Shown here: positions 60,528-64,000 of the stretch, in pieces | Layout of the letters: each line of letters begins with the position of its first letter | How positions within the stretch are numbered: position 1 is the first letter of the stretch | Notes under the pieces: generated by a model | Told to the model about the DNA's origin: nothing | The model's input: the letters and a program-made list of their open reading frames with translations, nothing else | The model's database searches: none | Program-made: the position numbers and the translations under genes | Source: an uncultured bacterium | GTDB lineage: Bacteria; Desulfobacterota_D; UBA1144; Nemesobacterales; UBA2774 | Length of the DNA stretch: 64,000 nucleotides | Direction: 5' to 3' | NCBI GenBank assembly: GCA_963705505.1 | Contig: CAVPJU010000006.1 | Coordinates: 160,001 to 224,000 of the forward strand

Positions 60528-60549
60528 GGGAGTAAATACACCGTCGGGC

Positions 60550-62139
60550 TCAATTGCGGCTCAACGGATTAATTTCACATTTTATTTCACTGATTTTAAA
60601 CTCTCTTGCCTTATCAACGGAGATCCCTTTGAAAGAACAGGCCTTGCCGCTCGGCCAGACGACTTTGATATCGGCAACTTTAACATTTCCAAGCCCGAAA
60701 TAGAGAGGGAGCATGTCCTGCTCACAACAGCCTCTGCCCCCCGATACTTCTCTTATCTGAACGCCGGCCGGGGTTGAAACCTCCGCACGGGCTCCGATTG
60801 CCGAACTGTTGCTGCCTTTGCCGTCGCCCGCCAAAGTTAATGTAAGAGAATTATTGGAATTGCCGTTGTTCCTCATAAGTGCGGTACCAATATGGCCGTT
60901 CAAAAAAACATCGATAAATCCGTCACGGTCGTAATCCGCCCAGGTTGCCGCAAATACATCACTCGGAGTAGTCAATGCCGGCTTCTACGCGACATCGATA
61001 AAAACCCCATTTCCACGTATTTCTGAAAAGTTTAGTGGGTCTTACGTGATTGGTAGTAAAAAGGTCTATATTGCCGTCCGCGTCGAAGTCAACCCAGGCA
61101 CATGTTCTGCCGTCTCCCGCATCTGCTGTTTTAGTTTCCACTGTAACATCCGTAAATGTTCCGTCTTTATTGTTCCTATAAAGTGCATTTCTATTTGACG
61201 CCTCCCATATTTGTAATATAGAGGTCTAGAAAGCCGTCCCCGTTATAATCTCCCGTGCATGCCGATGTTGTTTTCCAGGAAGTATCACCGCCAAGCCCCG
61301 AACGCGACCGTAGCATCAGTGAAAGTTCCATTACCGTTATTTACGTAGAACATATTTAATCCGCTATTTGCAATGAATAGGTCCTGAAAACCATCATTAT
61401 TGGAATCGAACCAAACAGCCCCGTTTGCTTTTGTCTGCTTTATCCAGTCCGGCAGAATTAGTAACTTCCTCAAACTTTCCGTTTCCTTTGTTTCGGTAGA
61501 GAAAAGAATACACTCGTACCCGGCCTGAAACAGATCGACATAACCGTCATTATCGTAATCAGCCCACAATACATGATTCACAGAAGAACTATCGTTTGTT
61601 ATGCCGGATGATTTCGATATATCAATAAAAGAAATTCCGCCGACGTTTTCATAAAGAATCAAAGGTTTCCCGGCATTTAAAGTTCCAATAGCTAGATCTA
61701 AGTGACCGTCATTATTATAATCAGCCCATGAAGCGGCTCTAACACCTAAATCCGGCAGTCCTGATATAGAGGAAACATCTTTAAGTTTATTGTCCTTTTG
61801 ACCCGCCCATAAAGATAATAATCTGCTGTTAATGTCTTCTTTTATTTTGAGGTTTGGATAGCCTATTTTCCTATTATAATTGCGCCGAAATCCCATACCG
61901 TAGTTTGCTATAACTATATCAAGCATTCCATCGGCATTATAATCCCCCCATACAGCGGTATGCCCCATCTTAAAGACCGAATTTATGCCCGCATCCTCTG
62001 TAATATTAGAGAATTTAGGTATATCCTCTCCGTAGGCTTCGGATGTAATAAGTACAGTAGTTGGACTAAACAAAATGAGACATGAAAGAATAACAGATAC
62101 GATTCTAATCAAAAGTTGGTTAACCTTTCTTAAGATCAT
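60550..62139 (-). pseudogene. Secreted FG-GAP/VCBS-repeat ASPIC/UnbV (CRTAC1-like) protein with multiple frameshifts
   Basis: Signal peptide; repeats WGDYNADG, WADYNNDG, WADYDNDG, WVDFDADG, WADYDRDG across several frames; C-terminal AIGAR..FGLG..VVWPSG. Confidence 0.85.
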
Positions 62140-63768
62140 TCAATAAAAGGTCAGCAGCACGCAAGCTCAAAGCTTCTATAGTCAATGAAGGCGCCTCCCC
62201 ACCACCTGAAGTAGGGAATACACTTGCATCGGTTACAAGCAAATTAGGTATGTTGTGAAATCTAAGTGAAGAATTCACAACGGAATTCTCCTCATTATTA
62301 CCCATTCGACATGTTCCAAAAACGTGTGTTGCTGAAAAGAGATCATATGAAGATACCTCTTCTACTATCTCATCCGCACCACTCGCTTTTAAAATTTGCT
62401 TTGATTTTTCCGCAATAAATTCAAGGGATTTGATTTCTGATTCCCCGAGTAACGACTGTATTTTAGCAACTGGGATACCAAACTCATCTTTAATTGTAGG
62501 ATCAACTGTTACAAAAGTGTCCTTATTCGGGAAGAAACTCCGCAATTCCACCAAACCCAATTGCATGCCCAAACCATTTATCCATTTCGTTCACAAACTT
62601 TTCACCCCAGCCTTGACAGAATTGAAATGCGTAATTAATGGGACCGATAGCACTTGCAACCGTTGGGAATAATCTCAAACCTCCGGCAAACCCACGTTTT
62701 GGATCTGGCCTATTCCACTTCCAGATGATACTGTCAATTGGTATCCCTCTATACGAATCAACCCTGCTAGGGTGAAATGCAACTGCTTCATAAAAAGTAG
62801 TCTCCATAAAATTCTTGCCTACTAGATCGTTCTGATCTAGCTCTGAGTTCAATAATAGTCTCGGTGTTTCAACAGCACCGCAAGCAATTACAACGTGTTC
62901 ACCCGAAACGAAATTCTCCTTGCCATTTTGGTCATAATATAGAACCCCTTTTGCCCTTTTTTGCCCAGCTTTTTTTCCACTTCAATGCGAGTGACAAATA
63001 CGTTCTCAAGTATTTCACATTTACCAGTATCTTGTGCAAGGGGTATGAAAGTTACGTCAACGCTTCCTTTATCCTTACGTGGACAACCCCATACACACCC
63101 ATTACAGTAATTACAAGGAGGAGCATCCCGGTAAGGTTGAGAAAGTATGGCAACAGAATTTGGTTCTAGCTCGATTCCCAGTTTCTTACACGCCTTTTCC
63201 ACAATCTGGCTCGCATAGCTCAGTTTATGGGGTTTCAGCGGGTAGGGCTAGTTCTCGGACGATACGGCACATTATCAGGACCGGCTACTCCAATTGTATT
63301 CTCTACTTTGGTATAGTAAGGTTCAAGATCTTTATATTCTATAGGCCAGTCTACAGCTACGCCAAAAAGACTCTTCATCCGGAATGCATCCTTATTGAGC
63401 CTGTGAGCTTCGCCTTGGAAATGAAGCGTCGTTCCCCCCACACCCAACACCTGTTGATACCTCACATATCTTCTGAACGCAGTTGGATTTAGCAACCCTG
63501 AAGCTCTATTCCAGGATCTTAGTTTCTTATATTTTTCGTCTAATGCCTGCTTCTTGCCATAAGCATATTTAATCTTCCTCCCTCGAGGAAATCCCTTCGT
63601 TTCCCAATCTGTTTCACTGAGTGCGTAGTCTTTATAAGGATCGTATCGAGGACCAGCCTCAAGAATAAGTACACTCATTCCCTGTGATGCAAGTTTCCAT
63701 GCAAAAGGAGATCCACCCGGACCTGATCCGACTACCAAACAATCATAATTTTTTTCTTTAGGGGGCAT
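62120..63768 (-). pseudogene. GMC-family flavoprotein oxidoreductase with at least three frameshifts
   Basis: VVGSGPGG/LEAG, GVGGTTLH, WPI.Y.DLEPYY, CNYCNGCVWGCP, HVFGTCRMG, DASVFPT..PSLTI spread over four ORFs. Confidence 0.88.
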
Positions 63769-63876
63769 AATCGTAAGGGGATACTATAAATAAGCTATTG
63801 CCTTATGTCAATTTATAAGTTATAAATTCTATTCAATCTTGTAAACCTGAAGAAAGGAGCCATTAAGGAGCCACTA

Positions 63877-64000
63877 ATGATAAAATCTGTCCCTATTCTT
63901 ATTTTAGCGCTATTAATTTTATTCGGGTGCAAACAATCAGAACAATCAGAAATCCATACTAAAAGATTTAAACCAGAAAAAAATGAACAAATTCTAGCTC
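63877..64000 (+). CDS. Putative lipoprotein (N-terminal fragment; runs off window)
   Basis: RBS AAGGAG, then MIKSVPILILALLILFGCKQSEQSE... with lipobox LFG-C. Confidence 0.6.
   Translation, partial: MIKSVPILILALLILFGCKQSEQSEIHTKRFKPEKNEQILA

Noticed and set aside
63854..63876. Tandem AAGGAGCCA(T/C)T repeat
   Set aside because: Short duplicated RBS region with only two copies; not a CRISPR or iteron array.

Overview
Bacterial chromosomal segment of moderate GC, mostly housekeeping and metabolic genes. It carries gcvT (partial), def, a cysteine desulfurase, glycerate kinase, glnB-glnA, a stand-alone nuoJKL, nth, two sigma factors, polA, lsrF, bioBAF, gltBD and nadE. The gene style suggests a deltaproteobacteria-like/Desulfobacterota lineage (weak inference). 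I found no rRNA, tRNA, CRISPR array, transposase or integrase. Several genes are split by single-base indels, increasingly so after about 60.9 kb; this most likely reflects long-read assembly error. Most notable: (1) an ~11 kb locus (49.7-60.5 kb) with six GT-C-type membrane glycosyltransferases (PIG-V-like, PMT/GT39 and two paralog pairs), two polyprenol-phosphate-sugar synthases, a GtrA flippase and a myxosortase-like CPBP protease, a candidate lipid-linked mannosylation or GPI-anchor-like system; (2) an ArgC paralog that has lost its substrate-binding motifs, co-transcribed with an adenylating enzyme and a carrier protein; (3) a secreted protein with three exact 8-Cys repeats; (4) an ~230 nt structured RNA candidate with 6S-like features; (5) back-to-back sigma-54 promoters linking glnBA with an MshEN-receiver gene.
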